DNA from: Takakia lepidozioides
Lineage: Eukaryota > Plantae > Bryophyta
Reading direction: 5' to 3'
Assembly: GCA_030704615.1 (NCBI GenBank)
Contig: CM060732.1
Location: 78,802,001 to 78,866,000 of the forward strand
DNA length: 64,000 nt
The translations under genes were made by a program, and so were the position numbers. Numbering within the stretch: position 1 is the first letter of the stretch; each line of letters starts with the position of its first letter. This document shows positions 10,118 through 21,400 of the stretch, in pieces. A model generated the notes under the pieces. That model searched no databases. It saw only the letters and a list, made by a program, of their open reading frames with translations, and had not been told where the DNA came from.

Positions 10118-13100
10118 TTATCTATCTACCTCTCCAGACACAATATCTTGAGTACCAATGATGGTGACAACATCTGCTGGCATGTGATGTTTGGACATGA
10201 AATCGGGTCCCTGTAAATGAGCAAAACCAGGTGCTCTTATTTTGCAACGATAAGGACGATTGGTTCCATTACTGACTGGAAACGCACCAAATTCTCCTTT
10301 AGGTGCTTCTGCTGCGGTGTAGGTAGAAGAAGCTGGTACAGAAACACCTTCTGTATAAAGTTTAAAATGGTGAATTGAAGATTCCATGGATTGTTTCATT
10401 TGAGATCGTGACGGGGGGCATAGCTTACGATCATCGGCTTTAATCATGCCACTAGGCATTTGATTAGGACGTTGCATAATGATTCGAATACTTTGCCGCA
10501 TCTCTCCGATACGAATACAATAACGATCATAACGATCTCCTCTGGTACCTACAGGTACGTCGAAATCCGATTGGTTATAAACATCGTAAGGTGCTGATTT
10601 TCGCGAATCCCGGCATACCCCTGAGCCTCTTAACATCACACCACTGAATCCCCAATCCAAGGCTTGCTGTGCAGTGACAGTACCAATATCCACTAATCGT
10701 TGTTTCCGGATACGATTGTTGGTTAACATTTCTTCTATTTCGTCAATACGAGAAGCAAATTGTTGTGTAAATATAAAAATATCTTCACTTAAGCCCAAAG
10801 GCATATCTTGTGCCACTCCGCCTGGTCGTATGTAACTGGCATGCATCCTGGCTCCCGAAACTCTTTCGTAGAATTCTAAAAGTTTTTCTCGCTCTTCAAA
10901 AGCCCACAGGAACGGAGTTAATGCTCCCACATCCATAGCATGAGTAGTTAAAGCAAGTAAATGATTTAAAATTCGAGTTATTTCACGAAATAACACTCGT
11001 ATGTACTGAGCTCGTAATGGTACCTCACAATTACAAAGTCTCTCTACAGCTGAAGAATAAGCATGTTCTTGGGCCATCATAGAAACATAAATAGAGTCGA
11101 AATTCATTGATGCCAGCTATGCTGTACACGTTCACTCGCATCACATACACAAGTGCTCTCCGAACCGTGCGAGGTGGTCACCCATCACACGGCTCTCCAA
11201 CTTGAGTTACCCTAGGTTTTGGATCCCCAGGCCGAGGGCGCAGCGTCACAATGGTTGAGTTTTCGCCTTCAGAATTACTTCCATCCAAGAGCTTCTGGGT
11301 GACAAAGGTTTGGTTTGAAGAAAGCGCCTGCCTGGTTTATGCGCCAGCAAACGAATAGGCGACGAACCAAATATTAAAGGACTTCCTTCGTTCCCTGGAA
11401 GTCGTACATTCCGGCTTAATCTCCGAAGGGTATGGAGTAGACTGGCCAAAAAAAAAATATATTTTTTTTCCCCCCTACGGGTTTTGACTAGCCTTCTCCG
11501 CACCGCTCAAGTGTGCGACGTCAGTTCGCCGATTTAGGCCCCTTCCCCTCTGCCTCATAGCGGCACTCTCCGTTCACACGGTTCTCGGAGCGAAGGGTAG
11601 GCAGCAGGTACTACGAGCCCTCTGTCCCACGCATCTATCCAGAAGGATGCGTGGTTCACCGGTTCCACCGAATGCTCCTATCTCTCTACGAGATCGTGTG
11701 AGTGTGTGGTTATGCTTCAGATGCTTTGCTATATTCATATTGAATCCCAGTTTCCGTTTTTATTCTCGGTGCACTCGCTTTAGATCTTCGACACACAAGG
11801 AGAGACGTTGTGGGGGGAGGCTGGACCCAGTACGCGCCAGAAAAAAAAATATTTTGGGGATACAGCAGCCAATAGATATTTTTTTTCGCTTCGCGCCTCT
11901 TCTTCCCTTCCGCCCCACCTGGTTGTCTTTACGAAAAAAGGCCGGGGGAATAAGAAGCAAGCTTATTCTCTTCCCGGCCCAGCACGTCCGGCTGATCATT
12001 CCGCTGGCATCTCTCATTCACGATACTCCCCGTTTAACTGCCACTCCGGGATGTAGTTGGAGATACGCCAAGAGTTGGCTATTCCCAGTTATCTCCTTTT
12101 ACGACATGCTGTTATCGTCGCCATGTTCTCTCTATATGTCGATTAGTCGTATCTGCTTTGCTGCGGGTCTCTGCAGCACCTCCATTTTGGAGGAGTTCAT
12201 TCGGTGACTTCGCGGTCGCCCTCTAAACGATCAGAATGAGGTAAAGCTTGAAGATACGTTTTATACTCGATTAATTTCTCTGTGCCTCTAGTTGGGTAGG
12301 CGCCGGTCTTTCGGCCAGAACCTCCCTAAGAACCGTACGTGCAAGTCTCCCCGCATACGGCTCACGCCATTTATTATTTATTACAGGTGGCCCAACATTC
12401 GAAGGAATAAAAAAAAAAGACCTGAGGCCTGCGAAAAAAAAAAGATATATATATGCTGCGCCCTGCGGCCTGTTTGGTAGCTCGGAAATGCGCTTGCGTA
12501 AATTGGAGACTGCTTGTTGCAACTCCGTTCCAGTTCCTGAAATTCTAGGAAGTGTAGGCAGCGCTGTCTGTCGTACTGTCAACCTGCGGCCTTGGCCCCA
12601 CGGCCCTACGGTCCAACCACAGTGGGGGACTACGGGCTACCCATTCTCACTTCCTCCTTCAGCTCCCATTCGAATCTCTCCATTTCCGTTGGATGACCCG
12701 GCCTCCCTGGCTTGACCTTCCGGTTATGTTCCTGCAGCTCCACCGGTTCCCCCCCGGTTTCCCCGTCGCTGGTATTTTCCCGTATGCTTTCGACGCAGGC
12801 CTTACCCCCTACGGCCTGTGTCTTCGCTGGATAGTATTTGCCGGTAGTGCCATCCTACCCGACCTGATTTTTTGGTTTGTCCCTTGCGGTTAGCCTACCC
12901 ATTCCAGGACCAAATTGAGGTTGAAATAGGACCCCAGGCCGGTTACACGTTCCGCTGTGCCGAGATGCGGAGGGGGCTGGCCGTGATAATCACCCCGGGG
13001 GAATACGCGTGCGTCCTTGACGGGCACTCCAGGACCCGCCGACGCGTTCTCGTTTCCGAAAAACCCCAGCGGTTGGCTTGTGAGTCAACCACAGTGGGGG

Positions 13101-13489
13101 ACTAACTACTAAAGTCCCCCCATTCATCTCTGTTGAGACCTCCAGTGTGGATAACGAGGCCACCTTCACGACCTTCTCCCTTCTTTCCCTTGGGCGATTT
13201 GCCTCACTTGAGTTGCCCGACAAACCGCCTTTTGCCCGGTGCTTATGACGCGGAAGTTGCCTCCACGCGCCACCCGTGCCAGGGAACAAGCGGGACATAG
13301 CTAGCGGCATAGGATATGCCGACTCGGCGTCAGCGGCTTCGTGCCGCACTGAAGTAATCCAATATGCGGTTCCGCGCGTTCTACAACTTCTCCATTCATT
13401 TCCGATACCGATCGTAAAACACCATGAGCAGCAGGATGTTGAGGTCCAGAATTCGAAGTGAAATTCTTGATTTGTTTGGTTTTAGCCAT
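10118..13489 (-). CDS. nad7: NADH dehydrogenase subunit 7 (exons 13489-13350, 12290-12222, 11090-10118)
   Basis: [12 protein letters not shown]; [10 protein letters not shown]; ...GEVDR. Exons of 140+69+973 = 1182 nt join in frame. Confidence 0.96.
11091..12221 (-). mobile_element. Group II intron nad7i209g2 (ORF-less)
   Basis: GGGCGACC start, D5 near 11195-11162, CTCTAT end. Confidence 0.92.
12291..13349 (-). mobile_element. Group II intron nad7i140g2 (ORF-less)
   Basis: GTGCGG start, D5 GAGCCGTATGCGGGGAGACTTGCACGTACGGTTC, CCCAAC end. Confidence 0.92.
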
Positions 13490-13512
13490 ATCTAATCATT
13501 TTTTTTCCACAG

Positions 13513-13585
13513 AGCCTACGACCGGACTTGAACCGGAGACCTTTCCCTTACCATGGGAACGCTCTACCATCTGAGCTACGCGGGC
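13513..13585 (-). tRNA. trnT: tRNA-Thr(GGU)
   Basis: Cloverleaf GCCCGCG...GGT...GTTCAAGTCC; C4:A69 mismatch in the acceptor stem. Confidence 0.93.
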
Positions 13586-13879
13586 CAACATCAACATATA
13601 GCCACTGTTCTTATTATTAAGAAGAAAACCGTAATTAAAGCCAAGAGCTGGCTCAATCTACGATGTTTTTGTTTCTCGGCTTGGCTGCTTCGCAGCCTGA
13701 AGGCTTGTGGAACCAAAAAATCGCTTTGCGAAGCGGGGCGCAGAAATGTAAAATATGGGGCACAGCTGCCCGCGGGCTTTGGGGCGAGGCATAACGAGAT
13801 CTCCCGCAGGTGTTATAAAGCGTCATTCATCCAAGCACTTATGCTTTTTTTTTCACAGTAGGTAGATTACTCGTTCATT

Positions 13880-13952
13880 TGGAGACGATCGGATTTGAAC
13901 CGACAGCTTCATGCTTGCAAAACATGCGCTCTACCGATTGAACTACGTCCCC
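13880..13952 (-). tRNA. trnA: tRNA-Ala(UGC)
   Basis: GGGGACGTAGTTCAATCGGTAGAGC..TTTGCAA..GTTCAAATCC. Confidence 0.95.
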
Positions 13953-13954
13953 TA

Positions 13955-15153
13955 CGGAGAAAATGGGATTTGAACCCAGGATACGATATCGTTGTATTTG
14001 TCGGGATGGGCAGGCCCTCTCAAGCTTTCCCCCCAGAAATATTGTCAAAGCACTTCGCTATATCGACATCAAAAAGCCATCGTAGTGATCATCGCTTATC
14101 CAGTAACAAAGCCTTGCTATAGGTGCGATGATGGCGATCGGAATTACACTTCACAACGGGATCTACTGCCGCCATATGATATACGGCTTGAACCGCACGG
14201 TCAATAATAGTGGGAATCCTTTTATCTGTGGTGCCGGGCCATACACGTTTCACAGGACTCTAGTCTTTCTGAGCCTAACGAAGAACAAAAAGCGGTGATA
14301 TATATATTTTTTGATTTCATAAAATATATTCTAACTCGCTAATAACTTTCCTCCTCGGGGTTTTAGAACCATGGTTCATAGTTACACGGCGTACAGTCAA
14401 AGCCCTGCCTGAGAAGCCGCCGATTAACTCACGCTGCTTTTTGTTGCAGTATTCTGTATTATTAGTATTTGTAGCCGCCACCACTATGTCCTTTCGATAA
14501 CTTTGGACAGTGACAATAGTTCCCTAATTTTATGATGCCAAGTCCTGGTTCCTATCCCATCAATTCCATAATATAGAAGGGCTTTCGCCTTTCGAGCAGT
14601 CCTCTACCTGCATGGCGTTACTCTGCATTACCACAGAGCCTCCCGAAAGGAGCGATACGGGTTTACCAAGTTACGTGCAATGTACCATTTCTCTCAACGG
14701 AAAGAACCTGAAAAAACCCTGATGGAATTATGAACCCACGGTGATATCAAAATCAGAGATATAACCCTTTCCACGGCTAGCTTCCCGTCCGGGATGCCAA
14801 CCATTCTCTAACCTAGGATATTCCATCTAGAAGATCTCTCGGTTCCGCCTCGGATTTTTTTTAACGAGGCCTTTTATTAGTTCGTTTGCACTGTTCATCT
14901 ATTGATGAGGGAGAACGCGTAGCAGAAAAAAAGTTTATTTTTCGGTCTCTTTACCCTAGCATTAGCTTGGTACGGAATCCCAAGCATCATTAAATTGTTC
15001 CTAGAGCTTCACACCTTAGGATTACTCCCGACGTGTGTCTAGGTGGGGTAGGACGGGGTTTACGTCCTGTGGAATTGAACCACATTACATCGCACAGCTT
15101 CTTGTCGCACTGATTTGGCAAACCAAGGCTTTCAACCACTCAGCCATACCTCC
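13955..15153 (-). pseudogene. trnS: Intron-split tRNA-Ser(GCU)-type gene with GCC anticodon (exon 1 15153-15111, exon 2 13999-13955); probably a pseudogene
   Basis: Exon 1 GGAGGTATGGCTGAGTGGTTGAAAGCCTTGGTTTGCCAAATCA (43 nt). Exon 2 has a long variable arm and GGTTCAAATCCCATTTTCTCCG. The body is that of plant mitochondrial trnS(GCU). Confidence 0.8.
14000..15110 (-). mobile_element. Group II intron trnS-GCUi43g2, lacking a recognisable domain V
   Basis: GTGCGAC start, CCCATCCCGAC end. EBS1 loop complementary to the exon end AAATCA at 14750-14755. Confidence 0.85.
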
Positions 15154-15201
15154 TTTTTGATAAAAAAAAATTTTTTACCGATAACCGATACCGGTAAAGT
15201 T

Positions 15202-15253
15202 ACCAGTTCATAAAGATATATATATATATATATATATATCTTTATGAACTGGT
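15202..15253. repeat. Perfect 52-bp palindrome with (AT)12 centre
   Basis: ACCAGTTCATAAAG-(AT)12-CTTTATGAACTGGT, between trnD and trnS. Confidence 0.9.
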
Positions 15254-15292
15254 TTTGTAATAAGCCTATTTAATTTCGGATTCAAGTTTCAC

Positions 15293-15366
15293 CGGGAAAA
15301 ACGGGATTTGAACCCGCGACTTCTGGCGTGACAGACCAGCACTCTAACCAACTAAGCTATTTTCCC
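15293..15366 (-). tRNA. trnD: tRNA-Asp(GUC)
   Basis: GGGAAAATAGCTTAGTTGG..CTGTCAC..GGTTCAAATCCC. Confidence 0.95.
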
Positions 15367-16109
15367 GAACATAATGAATCATCGTAGATGATTCATCGGG
15401 ATCTTTCCATTCTACTGGCTACGCCAGTAGAGATCCGAAAGTTAAAAACGGGGAGAAGAAAGTGACCCCCTAAAGCCACAAGGCTAATGTGGCTAGCGGC
15501 CCCGCGCAGCGGGGACGCGCGGTTCTCCGCTCTGCACCGGAAGGCACTTGGCAGTAGGAAGGTTAGTCAACCTGTAGCCTTGCATGCTTCGGGGCCATTA
15601 CGCAGTAATGGCCCCAAAGCATGCAAGTCTGGCTCGATTTTAAGTCGGAGCCCTTCGGCCTCTACTTGCTATGCTAGTGGAGCCTTACTCTTTGCGCGGG
15701 CACCTTCTGATTCAATTCAAAAAACGTCCACAGGAATAAAAAATATATATTTTGCATTTTATCATGACTATCTTAGACGGCTTGTACCATAAACCAAGAA
15801 AACGCCATGCGTTTTATGTTTTACTTCGCCCAAGAATACGCGAAGCAAAAAAGCGGTAATATATATATATTATTACCGCTTTTTTTGCTCTGGTTTGCCA
15901 CTTTCTCATATCTCGTCCAACTTTTATTTTTTTCCGAGAGCATTTAGCTCTCATTCATTCGCTATGCGAATCAAGCGGGCTCGCTTTTTTTCCAAAAGTC
16001 CCCCCTTTTTTTTAAATTAAATATTATTGTGGTTTTACCACCATCAATCAAATTAGTAAATTTATTCATACGCTAATTTCGATTTATAATTACAGATAAT
16101 GGAAACCCT

Positions 16110-16182
16110 TGGGTAATAACGGACTTGAACCGCTGACTCTCTCGGTGTAAACGAGGCGCTCTACCAACTGAGCTAATTACCC
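16110..16182 (-). tRNA. trnV: tRNA-Val(UAC)
   Basis: GGGTAATTAGCTCAGTTGG..TTTACAC..GGTTCAAGTCC. Confidence 0.95.
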
Positions 16183-17211
16183 TAATGTGTCGAATCATCA
16201 ACTATCAAAGAGCACATCATGAGTGGTTCTTTTTTCGAGGGTGTTCGCTTTCTATTGATCGCTTGACGCTTTATCTTATTGCGCATCACCCACCAGATTC
16301 ATCTTTCACCCTTGAGTTGCTACGCCACCAAAGTGCTTTCTCCGGCCTCTTGGTTGGAGCGAAGTGGATAAAGGGCCGGACCCAGAAATAGAAGCGGAAG
16401 GCTTAAGGAAAAAAAGCATAACAAAAAAAATATTTATTTTTAAAAATAACTAAAAAAAAAAATATATATATATCTATTTTATTACTTAACACTTTTTTTT
16501 CGTCATCTAGCACGAAACGTCGACAGAAGGTATACCGTGTTCGTCTGCTAATCTTTTTATTGATCGTATATAATTGAGTATACTATGTAATTGATAATGT
16601 TTCTTTTTTTTCTGAGAAGAGCGCGGGGGAAGCGAAGCATATTATTCAGAAGCTTTTTGGCGAGAGAAGAAAGTAGCCCCGGAAAGCCACTTTCGCCCTT
16701 CATCCGCTGTGCGAACAAAGTTGACCTCCCAGCCACTTTTTAAGAGGGCTTCCCCCATCGCAAAAAGATCTAGTATTTTTGGGCATTCACTGTGCGGGGA
16801 CGGAGAGTCATTGTTCCGCGAAGCGCTTTCATCTCTTCCACCGAAGAGATGAAACTGCCAAGCGGGGCGAAGAGAATCGAACGCACAGAAAAAAAAAAAT
16901 TTGGCAGCGCCCTGCTTGATTCGCTTGACAGGACCCCACGTCCCGGCATGCTCTCAGTGAAAGTTCTCAGAGAGCCCTTCTATCGTTCCCGCCCTCCGGG
17001 CTCTCTGGCCGCAGACTGCACTTCGTTGGCTACGCCAACAGAGGCTCTGAGAGATCAATTAAGTTGATGAATGACTGATCATGCCTACTCATCGGGGTTT
17101 ATCCCATTTTGTTCGCACAGCGATGAAAGGAATGCTAAGAGCTTGCAACACGAGAAAAGCAAAAAAAATCTTTTTTTCTGCTTCACGTTTTCTGGCTTGT
17201 AGTTTTCTGGG

Positions 17212-17568
17212 TTACTCCCGATCTGAAGCGCCCTTTTTCCATTCATATACAAATCCAATCGTCGAAATCAATGAAAATACTATCATAGACCAAGATCCAA
17301 ACAAACCAATCCTGTTAGGAGGAACTGCCCGAGGAAATGAAAAGGTGACTTCCAAATCAGATATAATAAATGAAATAGAAACGAGATAAAATCGTATATC
17401 AAAACGACTTCTGGCATCATCAGAAGGATCAGAACCACATTCGTGAGCTGACAATTTCTCTGGATAAGCCGAACTGGAAGAAGAAGCAGATGAAAAAGAA
17501 ACGCCAATTGGGATCAAGGAAAATAGCAAACTTATTACTAAATAGACACAAATAGGTGCAAATTCCGT
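17212..17568 (-). CDS. nad3: NADH dehydrogenase subunit 3 (ACG start, very heavily edited)
   Basis: (M)EFAPICVYLV...YPEKLSA.ECG.DP.DDARSRFDIRFYLV...YEWKKGA; 357 nt. Confidence 0.95.
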   Translation of the reverse strand, partial: TEFAPICVYLVISLLFSLIPIGVSFSSASSSSSAYPEKLSAHECGSDPSDDARSRFDIRFYLVSISFIISDLEVTFSFPRAVPPNRIGLFGSWSMIVFSLISTIGFVYEWKKGASDRE

Positions 17569-17591
17569 GAACCAGGAACCGCTTTTTTTTT

Positions 17592-17664
17592 AGGGGAATA
17601 GTTCCAATGGTAGAACAATGGTCTCCAAAACCACAGGTTAAGGGTTCGAATCCCTTTTCTCCTG
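17592..17664 (+). tRNA. trnW: tRNA-Trp(CCA)
   Basis: AGGGGAATAGTTCCAATGG..CTCCAAA..GGTTCGAATCCC; A:C mismatch at the top of the anticodon stem. Confidence 0.93.
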
Positions 17665-18404
17665 ATTACACCAGATCTCGGTGGAGGTAGCGATCAATCA
17701 TCGAACATGATTGATTAACTTTATAAGTTGTTGCGAAGGGATACACTTGATTTGCTGGAGCCATCAAATATAATTCTTTTTCCCTGAAACCCGAATGAGT
17801 TGCTAAGGAACTCACTCTGTGTGAATCTTTGGCGAAAGGGCGACGCGTTTACTGTCAATTTGCTCGCACATGCATAACCTGCGGCCTTTAATGGCGATAA
17901 ATTTTCCGGAAAAGACTGATGCATCACTTCGTGATACGGTTCTAATGAAATAATAATTGGGCGATACATAGTCGATCTGCTCTGTTGTTCCTCCAGATCA
18001 GAGGGGCCACCCAAACGTTCCCTGATACGAAATGTTGCCGGCACTAGAAAAGACATGCCGTTACTGGATACCTAATAATATCTAATGGTATATTATCCAA
18101 ATACCCGTCCCTGTTCTCTCTTCTTCGGAGTCTAGCTTCGCCCCTTGGTAACTTTGGGAGGACCAAAAAGAGAAAGGATAAGTGAAAAAAAAGTGAAGGG
18201 GATGGAGGGGGGAAGAGCTCCGCTCGTATGGCGAAGCCTTACTAAGGGCGTAGCCGGAGGGCTGAAAAAGAAAGATTTGGCTGCGCCCCGGCCGCTTTCA
18301 CCCTCCACCCGGAGGCACGGAAAGAAAACCAGCGGCCTGAAAAAAAATAAAAAAAAAAAAAACTATATATATTTAAAAAAAAAATTTTTTTTAATTTAAT
18401 CTTT

Positions 18405-21400
18405 TTAAACTGAATGAGTTGCTAAGAAGCTCTGTGTAAATTTTTGACGAAAGGTAGCCGGTTGACTGTTAATTTGCTCGGTGATGTTTTTTTGTTGTAC
18501 AATAGCAGAAAGTATACCTGGGTCCATAGACTTCAAAAGCTCGTGTTCATATTGATTGATGATCGAAATAGGAATTTGATCTAAATAACCTTTGACAGCT
18601 GCATAAATAACCACGATTTGTTTTTCAATAGGAATTGGGCTATATTGTGGTTGTTTAGGAACCTCTGTTGGCCTAGCCCCACGATTTGATGAATACTGAG
18701 TAGCAGCATCAAGGTCTGAACCGGATTGAGCAGAAGCGGCTACTTCACGATATTGCGCCAATTCTGGTTTTAAGCTCCCACATACTTGTTTCATAGCTTT
18801 CAACTGAGCCGCAGAACCTCGAGAGTAGGGTTCGCGCCCATCTCTAGACGTTAGCACGGGATAGAGAACCCGGCCCCCTCTCAAAGAACCGCGCGCGATA
18901 GTCACCTATCACACGGCTCCCTTCTCCTGAAACCTGCCACTTCTAGACGACGACGTTCAAATCAATATCGGTCATCAATACCTTGCCCGCGTGTAGTTCG
19001 TCATGATGTCGAGCACACAGAGGGATTTGCTTCTTCCCATTGAGTGCCGATTGGATAGCCTTAGTTCTCTGTAATATCTTAACCTCTCTGACGGATCGCA
19101 CTTTGTGCTTCCCGGCCGTGTAAGCCTTTTCTAGTTGCCGGATATGTTGCATCTCTACGACCCGCGAGTACCTTACTTCGGCTTAACCTTATAAGGAGCC
19201 TATTTATGACTGACTCAGGCGGGGTTGGGTCCGTCGTTAAGAAGCACTTCTGAAATCCAATTCTTTAGCTTATACGAGGCCTATTGGGGCTTCCACTTGC
19301 ACCCATCTGGCCACCCGTCTGTCCGGCGGAGCTACCCCGCGGCGGCGGCCTCGCTCTCCCATTTCTTCAGTGGCTCTAGTGACTATCTTTCCTCGGTCCA
19401 CGGCCGCCCGGAGGGCTTCTAGTATTTCCAGGAATATTTGTATTTCTTCCTCTGGAAACAGTCCTTGTCTCAGGGCTGACCTTAGGAATATCTGAAGGAT
19501 TTTTTATTGGGTCTTCCCTCGCCATTGAAAGCTCTCTTCTTTCGGCATAGCCAAAATATGTTGTGTTGCCGTTTCGATAGTCCGTCTTTTGGCTCCGTCC
19601 CTACCCAGCTCTCGGCGCCACTTCTCGTATGCCGAGGTCCAGCATTTCGGAACCGCGCGGCGGCACTCCCTTCCCCAGCACTCTTCTAGCCCTTGCTCAA
19701 GTCTCATGGCGTGAGCTCTAAAAGACCGCCCCGATGTAGGCGGAGCTTACCACAGGCATATGCTTTGGGTTAGGCACCCATGGAAGAACACCCAGGGACG
19801 GGATCTTGTCGGACACTGCGTGACTGAGTCGATTTTTTTCCGCGTTCACTTGCAGCTTTAGGTCCGATTGTATAAATTGTGTCACTCTCTTCGGGATTTT
19901 GAGCGCGGTGGCCTCGCTCCCTAAGACGCCAATCGGAAAATCGTCTGCATATCTGATGTACCTCACCCTGACGAACCCAGGATTTTTATAGTCTTGGTGG
20001 CTGATTCGCAGCTTCCTTGCCGTGCGCACTCGATGCCGCTTTTCGCGCCTTAGCTGTTCCGGATTCCCCCCTGATCTTGCCATCGTTCTCTCATCCAGGT
20101 AAATTAGCTTTCGATATTCGGGGTTGATGTGGCGTTTCTTAGATTCCGTGTTCCACTCCTTCTTAATTCGGTCTACTCCATCGTCCGGTCGGTGGGGGTA
20201 GATGTTGCACAAAAGAGATGACGGTACGCTTCCTTGAGGTATCTTCTCATATGTAGGTCTTCCCACGCCTATTATGCCCACGTGGAACATCTGTGTTAAC
20301 GTATCCAAAAAGCGTTGATCCTGTATCTTCTCCGAAAGGATGCCTTTGAGCCTTTTCTGATTCGAGGTATCGTAGCACTTCCGAATGTCAACCTCAATGA
20401 ACCAGGACGTTCCTTTCCATCCATACCTTACGGTTTCGAGTGCCGTGTGGCAGGACTTGCCCGGTCTGAACCCGTGCGAGTCCTCCGAGAATGTTGGTTC
20501 GTATTATATTCTTTCTAGGACCGCTCTGATGGCTTCTTTTATTACCTGGTACCTGGGGCTGATCACCGTAAGCGGTCTCGTCTTCCCGGTTTTTCCTGGT
20601 TTCGGGATGTTGACTCGTCCCGCGGGTTCGAATGGATAATATGTCCCCGCGCGCAGTTGTTCTGCGGTGTGCCCGAACCATCTCCAGTTGATGCCCTCCA
20701 GGGGGTAAAAAAATGTCCCCGAGTTTTTATTTGATGTGTTCGCACGCTGCTATGAGCGCATGCGGGTCAGCTATTATGTCGAGGATCTCCCGATATTTTC
20801 CGTCGACGTTAGGTTTCAGTTTCCGAATTCGATTGGCCGCAGCCTCAACTCGGACAGGAGAAGCAGGACTTTCCTGATTCTCAGTTCTATCCATCGCCGA
20901 ACTGACGAGGTTCCCCTCGCAAGTTCTTGTGGTGGTTCCACTGGGACCGTACGAATCGCAGCCTCTCCCCATGGACAGGCCCCGATTCCCATCGGGAGTT
21001 CCCTCTAGGTATTGAACGATTTGTAGGGCCTTGGTTGACCCGTTCGTCGCCGTGGAGTCTGTGTGTTTTCCGACGCAGGGTTCCCCTTTTCCTCCCCGTG
21101 TAGTAGAAGTACTCATGCTGCGGACGGCACATATCCCGAGTTAACGCAGGTGTAATCCTGGGTGTCTCCCCTCTGAGAGTAGGGCGACCATCATCGAGGT
21201 TCGTTCTCCTAAACTTCCGATAGTTAGTTTCTGACTTACCTGCTTCCGACCCAGTTCCGGCCGGGTAAGGCAGATTACGCGCTGAGGGATCCTACGCAGA
21301 GCTTTCCAACTCCAGCGATCCCATGTAGATCTCACCCCGCTCACACGACTTACAGATAATCCCACGTTAATAGCAGGTCGAATTCCACGATAAAAGAGTT

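Noticed and set aside
13955-15153. Calling the GCC-anticodon tRNA a second tRNA-Gly
   Set aside because: The body, long variable arm and intron site are those of trnS(GCU), and a normal trnG(GCC) exists at 56504-56575.
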